NCBI GenBank assembly: GCA_013115125.1
Contig: JABANN010000341.1
Location: 1 to 37,393, forward strand
Origin: Perkinsus olseni
Taxonomy: Eukaryota
Direction of reading: 5' to 3'
DNA: 37,393 nucleotides
The notes under the pieces are model-generated. The model saw nothing but the letters and a program-made list of their open reading frames with translations, was not told where the DNA came from and did not search any database. Positions 1 to 10,608 of this stretch are shown here, piece by piece (positions within the stretch are counted from its first letter, which is position 1; each line of letters opens with the position of its first letter). The position numbers were made by a program, and so were the translations under genes.

Positions 1-71
<71 letters not shown>
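1..71. repeat. (AGT)n/(TAC)n trinucleotide microsatellite running off the window start
   Basis: Perfect AGT repeat, at least 23 units, read directly. Confidence 0.98.
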
Positions 72-184
72 AAAGTAAGAACCCACGATTAGGTCGCGAG
101 GCCTTGCATAATATAAGGGGACTCAACTTAGTAATAGGAAGGATTATTATTATTAACTACTGCATAGCAAGCACACATACATAC

Positions 185-450
185 AGGAACACCTCCAGAA
201 TGGGCGGATAAGGAATACATAAAGCCGTTCCCGTCACGAGGCCTGTACGGCCACTCGACGAGAACTGGATTGCCGAAAGTGGATGATGATGTCACTTCGC
301 TTCCTGCCGTTACACTGGCCTTTCCATCTAGGCTACGTTCGGTGCTGCCGGCCGCTGCTTTCCTGTGTGGGGATGGAAAGCAACGTATATCTTACGGAAT
401 GATGAGTATCCAAAAGAGTTGGTTACGAATAAGATAAAGCACTGTTCGTG
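185..450 (-). CDS. Possible exon fragments of an unidentified gene continuing off the left edge
   Basis: Minus strand has a GTAAG...CACAG intron (about 363-395), an open exon KAAAGSTERSLDG...SAHSGGVP and a GTATGT donor near 185. No start codon or homology recognised. Confidence 0.25.
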
Positions 451-697
451 CCACTTAGCACATCATTACTGTGGATAATAAGGCAATCAGAAATATGAGA
501 TTAGGTGAGAAGAGTAGGGAATATAGTTAGGAAAATAAGGGGACAATACGATACGCTATGAAGGCCCGTAAAGGCGGCTAGTTTTATAAAAAAGTGAGTA
601 CCGAATCGACAGCGACTTCGAAGACAGTCTTGTTTAATCATATCCGCGGGGAAATGCAGCAGTACCGCATTTCAGACCGTTGAACGGCCCACGGCAC

Positions 698-1595
698 TTA
701 GACAACCAGCCCAGGAACATTCCATTCCGGATAGTTCCATTCAGTGGACTTCTTAGCAGGGGTGGATATGTGAACCTACCGGAAGAACAATTGAGAGTTG
801 CAGTAGACAGAGAGAACGCACGAGGAATGGTCGAGGGGAGCCCTCCCATGACCCAAGTATTACAACAGCATTTGTGCGGCACATAGGGCAACTTGATACC
901 GAAGAGGACAAGAACCAACTGAAAATGAGAGAGGAAGTTGTTGAGTAGAGGGTAGACGCTGATGCAGAATAAGCAGCTTACGAAACGAGACACTTCTCGT
1001 GGAACAGGTGACCGCATTTCAACTCGCATACCATGTCGGTAGGGTTGTAGGAATTAAGACAAATTGAGCATGAAGTCTCGTCGAAGCACCTGTTGATCAG
1101 AAAGATAACAACCACTCAGGCACGACCTGCCCACTTAGTACTTCGAACAGCCACCGCCCAACCCCAACTCGAGATCAAGAACGTCGGCTGGCTCCGGCAT
1201 GGACCTCATCGGATCCTCGCTGCCGTCCGTGCATGTAGTAGCCTGAAGGAAAGAACACCTCAGAGACCCAAGCGGAAGGGGAGGGACGTACAGCGGATAA
1301 CTTCCGTTGTCTTGAATGGAAGGTTTGGTACTCCGCGCATTTGCACTTTCGCCGTACGGACGCCAAAGCCTGGCACGCCCGACGCCTCGTTGCCGCCCTA
1401 TTGGACTCGTTTGCTGCGTAGTCATCCCATTCCCGATGTACCCGCTTGTTGACATATGCCACCTGTAAGGGAGGGACACGGATGTGCAGGCCCACTCGAT
1501 CCTTCCTGCGGACCTACCCAGGCCGCGAATGCTATGGTGACGACTCCCAACACCGAACAGATGCTTATGAGTGCTGCTTCCTCGCCACTTCCCAT
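698..1595 (-). CDS. Single-pass membrane RING-H2 E3 ubiquitin ligase (ATL-like architecture), 6 exons
   Basis: Spliced translation: MGSGEEAALISICSVLGVVTIAFAAWVAYV (TM) ... CSICLNSYNPTDMVCELKCGHLFHEKCLVS|WFLSSSVSSCPMCR (C3H2C3 RING) ... EWNVPGLVV*. GT-AG introns, e.g. 919-981, keep the frame. Confidence 0.85.
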
Positions 1596-2140
1596 GTTAC
1601 GTACAGTTGAAAGACGATAAGACGGTGGGGCACTGTACAATGTATGATAAAACGCCTCAAAAGGCTAAGTAGAGGACAACAGTGATGCACCGTTCGCGAG
1701 CGCACACGGCTACCATGCGGCTCGCTCATCCGTGACCAGCGACAAAAGCGGCCACAGCGTCCTAGATTCACACAAAATCCACGCTAGAAGAGATGCACGG
1801 TCCAACTATAACGCCCTTTGTGATGTCAAGGTAGTCCAATGGATGAACTTCATAATGGGCCGATGGACTCCGTGACGGAGTCTCCGTTAAGTGCTCGATT
1901 ACCGCCCATCCCATTCGTGAAAGGTCGTCACAACAGCCCCGATAGGAAGCTCAGCCCAAACGATCTCGCGTCCGCCGGCATCAGTACTATCGATTCAGCG
2001 GTGATACGCTACCGCTCCTTGGCGACCCGCTGAAGGCTGTGTACAACTCCTTACGCGGATAAATGCATGTTAATGAGCACACACGATGAGTCTTTAGCAA
2101 GTACAGCAAGTACGAGGAATCGCCACCCTCAGGCTTTGCA

Positions 2141-2212
2141 GCTCCTATGGTCTAATAGTAGAAGCTGCAGCCTCAATGAGCTAGATACCCGGTTCGATCC
2201 CGGCGACATCCA
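2141..2212 (+). pseudogene. Degenerate tRNA-like element (A-box and B-box at tRNA spacing, acceptor stem not paired)
   Basis: 72 nt. TGGTCTAATAG at position 8 (A-box-like). CCGG-TTCGATC-CCGG T-arm at 2189-2203. The 5' GCTCCTA does not pair with the 3' GACATCC. Confidence 0.35.
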
Positions 2213-2428
2213 TTTCTCGAGAGTTCGACGTACTAGCAACTCTGTATCATGCGAGTTGATAATGAAACGTAAGTTGGCCTTTTAGGCGATACTACGGCTA
2301 CGGGAGAACAGCTCTGTCCACAACAGATAGTAGAAACCGTCAGCAGAGCTTTCTCAAAAAAGGCTGAGCTGGTCTGATCGGCTGATAATAACAACATGTT
2401 ACACCATCTACGAAGACTTTGAACCGTG

Positions 2429-3599
2429 TCAAATAATAAGCTTGGAATCTGGTTAGTACAAAAAGGTAATATCAAATCGCCACTATCGGATGCAACCGGT
2501 GGGCTAGACCAGTATCATTGGCTTCGGGAGTAGAGACTGACTGCTCCGGCGCGTTAGAGGACTGCTCATCGCCGACCTCTTCACTATCTTTCTCTGACTT
2601 AACCTGAGCAATAACAGCAATCACCACATCAGCACGAAGAAAAGCATCACCCACCTCCATCCGGCACACCGGGCAACGTGGCTTGCGAGAGCTTACGAAC
2701 CACCTGAGCGCAGATGCTGTTATCAAAGCTTGTTAACCGTCGCTTCATTTCGACCTTACCCGTGCAAGCATTCCTCATGAAAAATGTGACCACATTTGAG
2801 TTCACATACCATCTCTTCGTCTTCAAATTCTCCCAGACAAATAGCGCAGTCGCACGTCCAGTCAGATCTGATAAAAAGCTGCATGCCAGCTGATGCACCA
2901 CCAGCTAGCGCTTACTCGTCGTCTCCAGGGCCCTCGTCAGAGGAAGGCAGTTCTTCTGAACTTACCACGCCAACGCCGGCGAGGTCGGCGGATATAGACG
3001 AGATAATACTGTTATGAAAAGACCCGATGGATTCAATTCTTTGAACATCCGCGCCGGATTGCTTGAAGTCTTCAGTCTTATCGCTAATTACTTCTCCATC
3101 AGGCGCTGCCTAAAAACGACGGCCAAGTGACACGGCACGAACACTGGCCACGCGGGGACTCCACCGCCTATTGATTGTCGTCCTGTTGTGTCACCCCACA
3201 GGTTCGAAGACCGTAGACGAGCTAACACCAGTTACTACCTTGGCGTTGCGTTCTCGGCGCTTCTTAGCACCCCAGAGCCGATAGGTCAGACTAGTGGCCT
3301 GCTCGTTAATCAACTCCTGCAGGCGTTCTGCTCTCTCCTCCGGACTCTCGCGCCTCCTAGATTCCGATCGGTTCGTGTCCGATCTACCTGGCGAGCACCT
3401 ATCCAGTACGCGAACCTGACCAGCGGGCACCGAATCGCTGGCGTTACACCCTCCCCACGCTCGCTGCTATTATTACGACAAATACAAGGGCGAGGGTTGC
3501 CACCGCCATAGCAACGCTAGTGACTATTAATAGTGTGTCTCTTCCACCATTGGTCCCTGACGGAGCAGGAGTAGTAGTAAAGGGTGAAGGAGTGGACAT
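2429..3599 (-). CDS. Second single-pass membrane RING-H2 E3 ligase, paralog of 698-1595
   Basis: MSTPSPF...DTLLIVTSVAMAVATLALVFVVIIAAS (TM) ... CAICLGEFEDEEMVCELKCGHIFHEECLHG|WFVSSRKPRCPVCRME. The last exon is uncertain (stop at 2429 or 2472). Confidence 0.85.
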
Positions 3600-3712
3600 T
3601 AACTGACACAGGACGTTAGAGTCGCGGCCGCAAGTCCCTGAGTTGACTTCTTCTCAATGCGTATGCGTTCTACCGCGCGCGCCCAAGCAATCGATTGATA
3701 TCCTCCTCGAGA
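3600..3712. promoter_or_regulatory. 113-bp head-to-head interval, likely bidirectional promoter / strand-switch region
   Basis: Lies between the RING gene ATG (3599, -) and the RPB5 ATG (3713, +). Function is inferred from geometry only. Confidence 0.5.
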
Positions 3713-4824
3713 ATGTCGTCTGGGCCTATCGACGACGCGACTATTCGTCTATGGCGGGTACGCAAGACAATTTTCGAGCTATTACAGGACAGAGGATATG
3801 TGGTTGCCCAGAAGTAATGACGGGTGGGAAAAGAAGAAGGAAAAATGACGTATTCTGCGTTGGGTTCGACCTTGGGTCTGGCTCGGTTCTAGGCCTCGGA
3901 CTCTCAGACTTAGTGTTCTGCGGTGCTCAGCCGCCTTGAGGCTGGAATCTTTCTCGTACCACTCCTCCCTCACTTCGCGCTATAGAATCCCGCGAAAATC
4001 TACTGTGTTGCCATTGGGGAGCCTTAGGTACTTGAATGAGACTAAGGAGTCCTTCGCCCAGCAGTGGAACGAAATCCAGGAGAGGAAGGGCGGCCGACAC
4101 GATCTCATCATTCTGGTAAGGCTAGCCCGACGAGAAGCGCCGCCCAACGCCGAATCGCCAGGTGTCGAAGCAAGACGACCCTAGTGACCAACTCATCGTC
4201 TTCTTCCCTGATGAAAACAAGCGTGTTGGTGTGAAGCCCATCAGAACGTAGGGGAGTTGAGGAATACTATAATACCGACCATCACCTTACCGTGTAGGCT
4301 TGCCTTGAAGATGGAGGAGCAGAGGCTCTCTCGGGCCATCTTGGTCGTGCAGCAGCCACTCACTGCTTTCGCCAAGACTGCTGTAATAACCCGAACTCCG
4401 AGACAGGAATATCCCGCGGTTTCATCGTCGCCTTTCAGATCCAAGAAGCAAGCCCGCAAATGGAGATTGAGGTTTTCAATGAGTCGGAGTTGGTCGTGAA
4501 TATCACGCACCACGAACTAGTTCCTGAGCACAAGCCCCTCACGGCCGAGGTGAGCGACGAGGCCTGTGCCATCATCACCACACCCGGATGTCTTCAGGAG
4601 AAGCGTCTGCTGCTTGAGAGGTATAAAGTGAAGGAAAACCAGCTTCCCAGGATACAGAGTTCGGACCCTGTGGCGAGGTACTGTGAGGGAATTCCATGGG
4701 GAGAGAATTTTGAGTTGGTGTCGAACCCACCAGATACTACGGTTTGAAGAAGGGCCAAGTGATGAAGATTATTCGCCCATCCGAGACTGCCGGCCGCTAC
4801 GTCACTTACAGGCTCTGCGTATAA
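3713..4824 (+). CDS. RPB5: RNA polymerases I/II/III shared subunit RPB5, 7 exons
   Basis: [18 protein letters not shown] ... [15 protein letters not shown] ... [42 protein letters not shown], the diagnostic RPB5 C-terminus. Confidence 0.97.
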
Positions 4825-4972
4825 TGTCTTCACTGGGGTGAAACGTCAATAACAACGAAACAGAGATTTACTACCACTTCCGCCATCGTCTCTTCGCTCC
4901 GCCTTCTGTTGGGTTTGATAGTAGTTTTAATCAAGCTAGTCGGTTTAGGATTGTGTTTGACCTTCTGAGTTG

Positions 4973-6747
4973 ATGAGCAATCGGCCTCCTACTCCTCCTT
5001 CGCGCAGGCACGCTGTGCCCTTGCGGCCCTACACTCGTCTTTCGTCGATAAAATCGGAGCCCCAGGCCGAGTCTCAGCCGCAGTTCCTTAAAAAAAGGGT
5101 ACTTACCCTTGGGTACTTGCCAAAGTCGTCAAGGTGTCCTCTTTCAGTTCGCTCCCTCGAAACCCCGGCAAACGGATAAGGCAGAGTATGAGCAATTGGT
5201 CGCTGCTGCTGCCAAGGCTGAGGACCAGGGAGAATCTGCCGGTCGAGGGACCAGTGCTAGGCAACTCCTGATGATGGCTGATAAGAAGTACTAAAGGGGA
5301 AATACGAGATGGATTCGCCATGCATACGGCTTTCGTGTTTATATGGGAATTCTTGTCCATCTGGGTTTCACTGTGTCCTGTTTTCAGGCAGCAGTTGCAG
5401 CGACGGCAAGCTCAGGCGATGGGCATGAGCTTCGACCAAATGGCGAAGATGAAACAGAGCCAGAACTCTGTCGTCAGTCGATGTAAAGACGGAGTGCCGG
5501 GGTCCTACATATCTCACGTTGCTGCGTTTCAGCTCAGCAGGTCATCGGTTCGCAGTGGTTTGTGAAGCCGAAGAAGCAAGAAGGGCAACGAGGTAGTAGC
5601 CGGGGCTTCGTCGTACGTGACAGAGCAGAACTCCCTTTGCGGCCCTCCTTGTGGTGCAAACTCGTACTCATTCGGTACCTTGTCGCCGTTCATGTGGATC
5701 GGTCGACGTACAACTTCTCTGTTGGCTCGAAGGGGACGAATTCGAATCGGGGGGTGATGCCACGAGCATCAACAAGCCCTTCTGAATGAAGCAGTCTGAA
5801 ACGAGCTCTACTGTAGATTTGAGTGGTATCCCCGTTGTACTGAGCAGTCGTCTCAGGCAAGAGTAAGGGCGTGTCGGACATTGCCTTTGGGGACGAGGAT
5901 GATCTCACCTACCGACCTATCGGCATACCCTATTTCCAGACTAAGTGATTGGGAATTTTGAAGGCAGGCTGATGATCCTGATCACGCTCAGGGAAATAAC
6001 AGACTTGAAGTCGACAGAGGAGGAAGAGAATCAGGAGAAGAAGGGAAAGCCTAAGCGCCCAACTCTGCTGAATATCGATGAGAAAAATCGCAACGCCGCG
6101 AAGATGTTCATGATAACCAACGAGAATCCTGAGACCGGGGTAGGCCCGAATTCGCCATTGTGACCCCTTCACGCCTGCGTTTCGCTCAGCACCTGCAACC
6201 AGGCAAGACAGTTGTGGTCGATGAGGACTGTGAGTTCAGAGAGGACAGCTTCCTTCTCGTGCAACTGCCGCAGCTCTTGCCAAAGTTGGTGGAGGATGCC
6301 CCTGCCGAGCCGAAAAAGCATGTGAGTCTCTACCACCATCGGCCGCGTTATGAGGGCGCTTTTTTCGTAGGCTCCCAAGGTTGATGATGGGTCGGGCCCG
6401 AACGCCGTGACGCCGTTGACTGAGATACCCGATGGGCGCATAGGCACTCTGCAGATCTACAAGTAGGGCTGGTGGATCGCCCATGGGCCGTGCTGTTGAG
6501 GTGCGTTTGTTCAGGTCCGGCAAGGTTATGATGAAGATTGGTAACACGAGCTTCAAGCTGGATCAAGGGAGTGAGACACATTTCGATCAGCAGGTGAGCC
6601 CGTCGTGGTGCTGTACTCCCGTGACCGACGGAAGTATGAGTATTTTAGGTTATGTGCGTCTGCGCCAGCGACCTTGAGGCGGCCTTCTTGGGCCAAGTCG
6701 CGGGGCGGGTGATTGTTACGCCTGATCTATTAGAGACATCAGATTGA
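4973..6747 (+). CDS. RPC4: RNA polymerase III subunit RPC4 (C53/POLR3D-like), multi-exon
   Basis: C-terminal motifs FLLVQLPQLLP ... GRIGTLQIYK|SGKVMMKIGNTSFKLDQG ... FLGQVAGRVIVTPD match the RPC4 domain. N-terminal KKR|FAP. Internal exons approximate. Confidence 0.82.
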
Positions 6748-7809
6748 CTTACCATTTCCTCTATTCATCATCGCCTCACCTTTACGTCAACAGTTGAACC
6801 ATCTTTGTGTTAAAATACGTTTCCTGCTACAAAAGCTGGCCCGTGTTTAAGGCTAGTTGGTGACGGCATTCGAAAACGACCTGTCAGCAGAGGGGCGTGT
6901 AGGAGAATGGACGAGCGATGGTCTACGCGGCCGGGGCGCGTACCGTAACACGTCAATACTCGAGAGAAATCAATTGGTCACACCACATTCCATCGAGCAA
7001 GAACTCGATCATGAACTCTAGTGGATGCATCATCATACAGCCACGAAGGCTGCAGTGCCGGGCGTGGAGGTATCCAAGCTCCCGCGAACTCGAGAGAATG
7101 GTTAGTTAGACGACCCACATCGCCAAGATTTTCATTCTTCGATCTTGCCGCATCTTGCCTCCCACATCAGCACTCCGGCGTCCACAACACAATCAGTCGC
7201 GAGTCCCACCTCGAACTAGGACCAGAGGGATTCTCTCGAGTCAAGCAGACTACGGTTCACTGCTTAACGCGAAAGAAGCGGCTTGTATGCCGAGGATGAT
7301 ATTGAGCCCACTAAAGAAAACCAACTGAACCCAATGTAAACGTGACGCGTGGTCTGCTAGTTGTCCCGTGCCGATGCACGTACGCGCTTGTTCACTCTGT
7401 TACTCGTGTATTCAGAGTTTTCAAAGCCATACTCAGAGAGAACACTACAAGTTTAATGAAAACTTCGCACTGACTGATAGAGATAGCTAGCACGCCGGTG
7501 TTCGAGAGCTTCAGGAGGAGACTGACGACCACTCTGACATGCAAGGAAGGGGACGCTAGAGACGGAAGCAGCAGCAACTACAAAAGATCGCGAGAAACCA
7601 GCGTCTTCTCACCACAAACCCCGGAAAGTCACAACCCCTCCACTGCCATGATCGACAGCAACTTCAACGGCCAGCGGACTCAAGTTGTCACGCCACTTCA
7701 ACTGCGGTTTTTGACGCTGCCGCACCGACGCTGTCCCCGCGGCCTATTCCTGATCATCCTTCCTCGAACACCCTACCACTTATCGCAGCTTCCCTACCCT
7801 GTTATAAGC

Positions 7810-8826
7810 ATGTCATTCTCTACCGACGTACCGAAACTTACAGCTTGGTTCCTGCCTGAGGATGACGGTGAGCTTGTTGTGAGGAGTTCCTGAATAGTGC
7901 TGTGATGCTAAGATACCGTTCAGAGGGCTCCTGCTCTTCCCCATGATACTGGCAAGAAGGTCTCTCAAAAAGAGTTGGCCAAGCTAGGCGTAGTCCGGCT
8001 TTGATTCTCGGTCGCTCTGCGGCATCGTTTTTAGAATCAGGTTCTCGCCACCGAAGTCAAGAGCCTTGAAGCATGGGAGCAGGATACCAACCTAGATCAG
8101 ATCAGAAAGGACAGAGGGTGAGTGAATATGATGTCCGTTGAGGCAGCACTCGTACCTGAGTAACACAACGTAGTGCTCATCGTTAAGCTGCTAGCGCTCC
8201 GGCTTTGAGTCTGACTGAGCCCACGACAGCGTTGGACTTTGAACTGATACCCACGTAATGCTCATCGTTCGTCATTATGACAGATATACTACCTACGACA
8301 CAGTGGACAGTCACAATCTCCCTAAGGGTACTCAAGTGAAGTTCTTCACTGAACATCTCCATACTGATGAGGAGATTCGCTTCTTGGGCCGGGGCTCAGC
8401 GTACGACTAGCCTGTTGTACGAGGACTGTTGCTCGTAGCGACAATTTTATTAGATACTTCGATATTCGTAATACCAAGGATAAGTGGATCAGAATAAAGA
8501 TAGGCCCAGGAGCTCTCATTGTAGTTCACTGCGCTCCTCCATCGTTACCATCACCTACTATGCAGATACTGCCCGCTGGTCTATGGCATCGGTTCCACAT
8601 CGCTCAGGAAGCTGGATCTGATATACTCATCTACAGGCTATTCACAACGAATCCTCAATGGAAGTCTTATCCAAGGAAGGGAGGTAATAATAGTAGCACT
8701 GAGTCCTGGCGGTGACGATGGATGCTGTTTGTAGTTATTGGCGATATGGCTATGAACAACGGAGACAGTGCTACAGTACAGCTAGTACGCGAGAGATACC
8801 TACAGCAACTACAAGTGCAAGCCTAG
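7810..8826 (+). CDS. ADI1: Acireductone dioxygenase (ARD, methionine salvage), 7 exons
   Basis: ELAKLGV ... IRKDRGY ... KFFTEHLHTDEEIRF...GSA|YFDIR...WIRI...LI|ILPAGLWHRF: ARD cupin with intact metal ligands. Mostly absent from the ORF track. Confidence 0.93.
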
Positions 8827-9648
8827 TCGACGGCATTCAAATAACAGCCGAGCTGCCTTCTCCGGGACTCCAGTACGTCACATTTCCATCCTGTGCGCGT
8901 CAGGGAGGTCAGTGATCAACTTGGTCATCCTCATTGTCCTGTTTATACGCTATTCATTTTCTATTGGTAGACCAGAATTAGTAATGGTCTACGATGATTG
9001 CCCAAAACGGGTTAAAGTTTGTTGTCTCTCGTCTTCCGATGGAGGTCCTCTTTTTTATCCGAAGATCGCGTTGTGTTGGCAACACAGCGTTGCTAGTGAA
9101 TGCTCAGGAGAACGAGGGAAGCCAACGGTTCGATTCGCACCCGTTCGGAGAACTAGCCCACAGCGCAAGCCACTCACTTGCTCCTTGATGATATTCCCGT
9201 GTAGAGGTGGTGAAACCTCTTCGAGGCAATCTCCTCAACCCCCATCTCAGAAGCCACTCTTGCTCGTAATCACGACAAAGTAACCCAGCGTAAATGGCTA
9301 CTCGAAAGAGCACACGCGCCGAGAGATAGAGTAATCGACTCTGGAGCTGAGCTGAGTCACTCGAGTTGGGTACCTCAACCGAGCTCCACAGTAGAGAGAA
9401 AGTACGTTGATCAGACCTTCGGTGAAACTCGTGGGCCCTGATACTTCTCAAGGTGGGGCGTGATGCGTTCTGAAGGTCAATTGTCTTGGGTAGACAGGCC
9501 GTGTGTTATCAGGAAACGCAATTCGTGCGGAGTGTCACAGCGTGGCTATAGCAACTCACACTGCGATGGATGATTCCACTACGGAATTACCGCATAAACT
9601 GTCATCAGTCCAGTCTACGCTCAGCTTGATTGTTTGTTGTTGCCCAGA

Positions 9649-10017
9649 ATGACCCCCTTCAACGTTATTGCCACATTTTATCTTCTCATCTCTGCTGCAG
9701 TCTACGCTACCAACGAGTCCACGTGTGACAGCTACTGTGAAAGCGTCCAGCCGGGCTCGTATTGCAAGTACTGGCAAGAGCCTTCGGTTTGTTTCGGCAC
9801 AACCCTCCCATGCAGCTGTGGAGGCGCCTCTACTACAGCCAAGCCTACTGAGACTACCACAGCGGCATGGACGTCCCCACTGACCTCTACTGAGAGTGGT
9901 TCGACCACTGGTAGGCAGTGTGACGCCTTCTGTGACTCGAAGCTTTCTGGCAGCTTCTGTATGACTTACAAGCTCCCCAACGTCTGCCACGGTACTGATA
10001 TCCCTTGCTCTTGCTAG
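9649..10017 (+). CDS. Small secreted protein: signal peptide, two 6-Cys repeats and a Thr/Ser-rich linker; intronless
   Basis: MTPFNVIATFYLLISAAVYA; CDSYCESVQPGSYCKYWQEPSVCFGTTLPCSC and CDAFCDSKLSGSFCMTYKLPNVCHGTDIPCSC share identical Cys spacing. Confidence 0.85.
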   Translation: MTPFNVIATFYLLISAAVYATNESTCDSYCESVQPGSYCKYWQEPSVCFGTTLPCSCGGASTTAKPTETTTAAWTSPLTSTESGSTTGRQCDAFCDSKLSGSFCMTYKLPNVCHGTDIPCSC

Positions 10018-10608
10018 AACGGAAGTTGATGTTTTCCAAGTTTCTCTCCGACTGTCTTGAGTAGACTAAACTCATAACCTTCTCATATTTGAACGTGTTC
10101 ATTCTGTTCGAGCTCTCTTGACTTACTTCGATTCGCCGTTTCGTAATGATTCTCACTAACTGCGGCTCAGCCTTAGTGTTGTTGAGTTTCTGACATGAAC
10201 GTGAGAGGAAGTGTGAATGGGTTCCGTTGGGTGTTGTCATTGAACATGTTTCGCTATCACGAGAGCTTCGCAGTAAGCCATATGCGTGCGGCCCCATTCG
10301 ACTCCCAGTCGTGATGGTCCGTGACGTGAATCCGTCCATCCAAGTGAAGGACGAAGAAAACCGTAGCAACCTGTATTGGTCTTAAGCTCGGCTTAGAGAA
10401 AAGTACGTTACTAGCATCCACGATGATGTCTGCCCTCAATGAACTCAGCGTTGGATGATGCTCCGAGTTGTGTGGGACCGACCGTTGACCTGTCCCTTAC
10501 CTCGCGTCCACTCGCTCCCTCGCCAACGAAACAACTCAGTCTTTGTGTCTGAATATTGCAAGTAGTTGAATTATAAGAACATCATACTCGGGAGAACTGT
10601 GGCTCTCA

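Noticed and set aside
1-700. Non-LTR retrotransposon 3' tail suggested by the (TAC)n run
   Set aside because: No RT or endonuclease motifs nearby. The adjacent coding sequence is a spliced RING gene.
634-1452. Track ORFs 634-1029, 680-886 and 1093-1452 as genes
   Set aside because: Wrong-frame or antisense shadows of the spliced RING-H2 gene.
5755-5800. C/D snoRNA in the RPC4 intron (GTGATGC...CTGA...CTGA)
   Set aside because: Imperfect C box, too short, and the C-like word sits within a local hairpin.
6900-7800. Gene between RPC4 and ARD
   Set aside because: Some splice-like signals on the minus strand, but I could not assemble a consistent frame or motif. Left unannotated.
8900-9500. Gene between ARD and the Cys-rich gene
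   Set aside because: Short ORFs on both strands without recognisable features or a coherent exon chain.
10360-10386. Spliced-leader RNA gene or relic (ACCGTAGC...)
   Set aside because: Only the first 8 nt match, the rest diverges, and there is no donor GT at the expected position.
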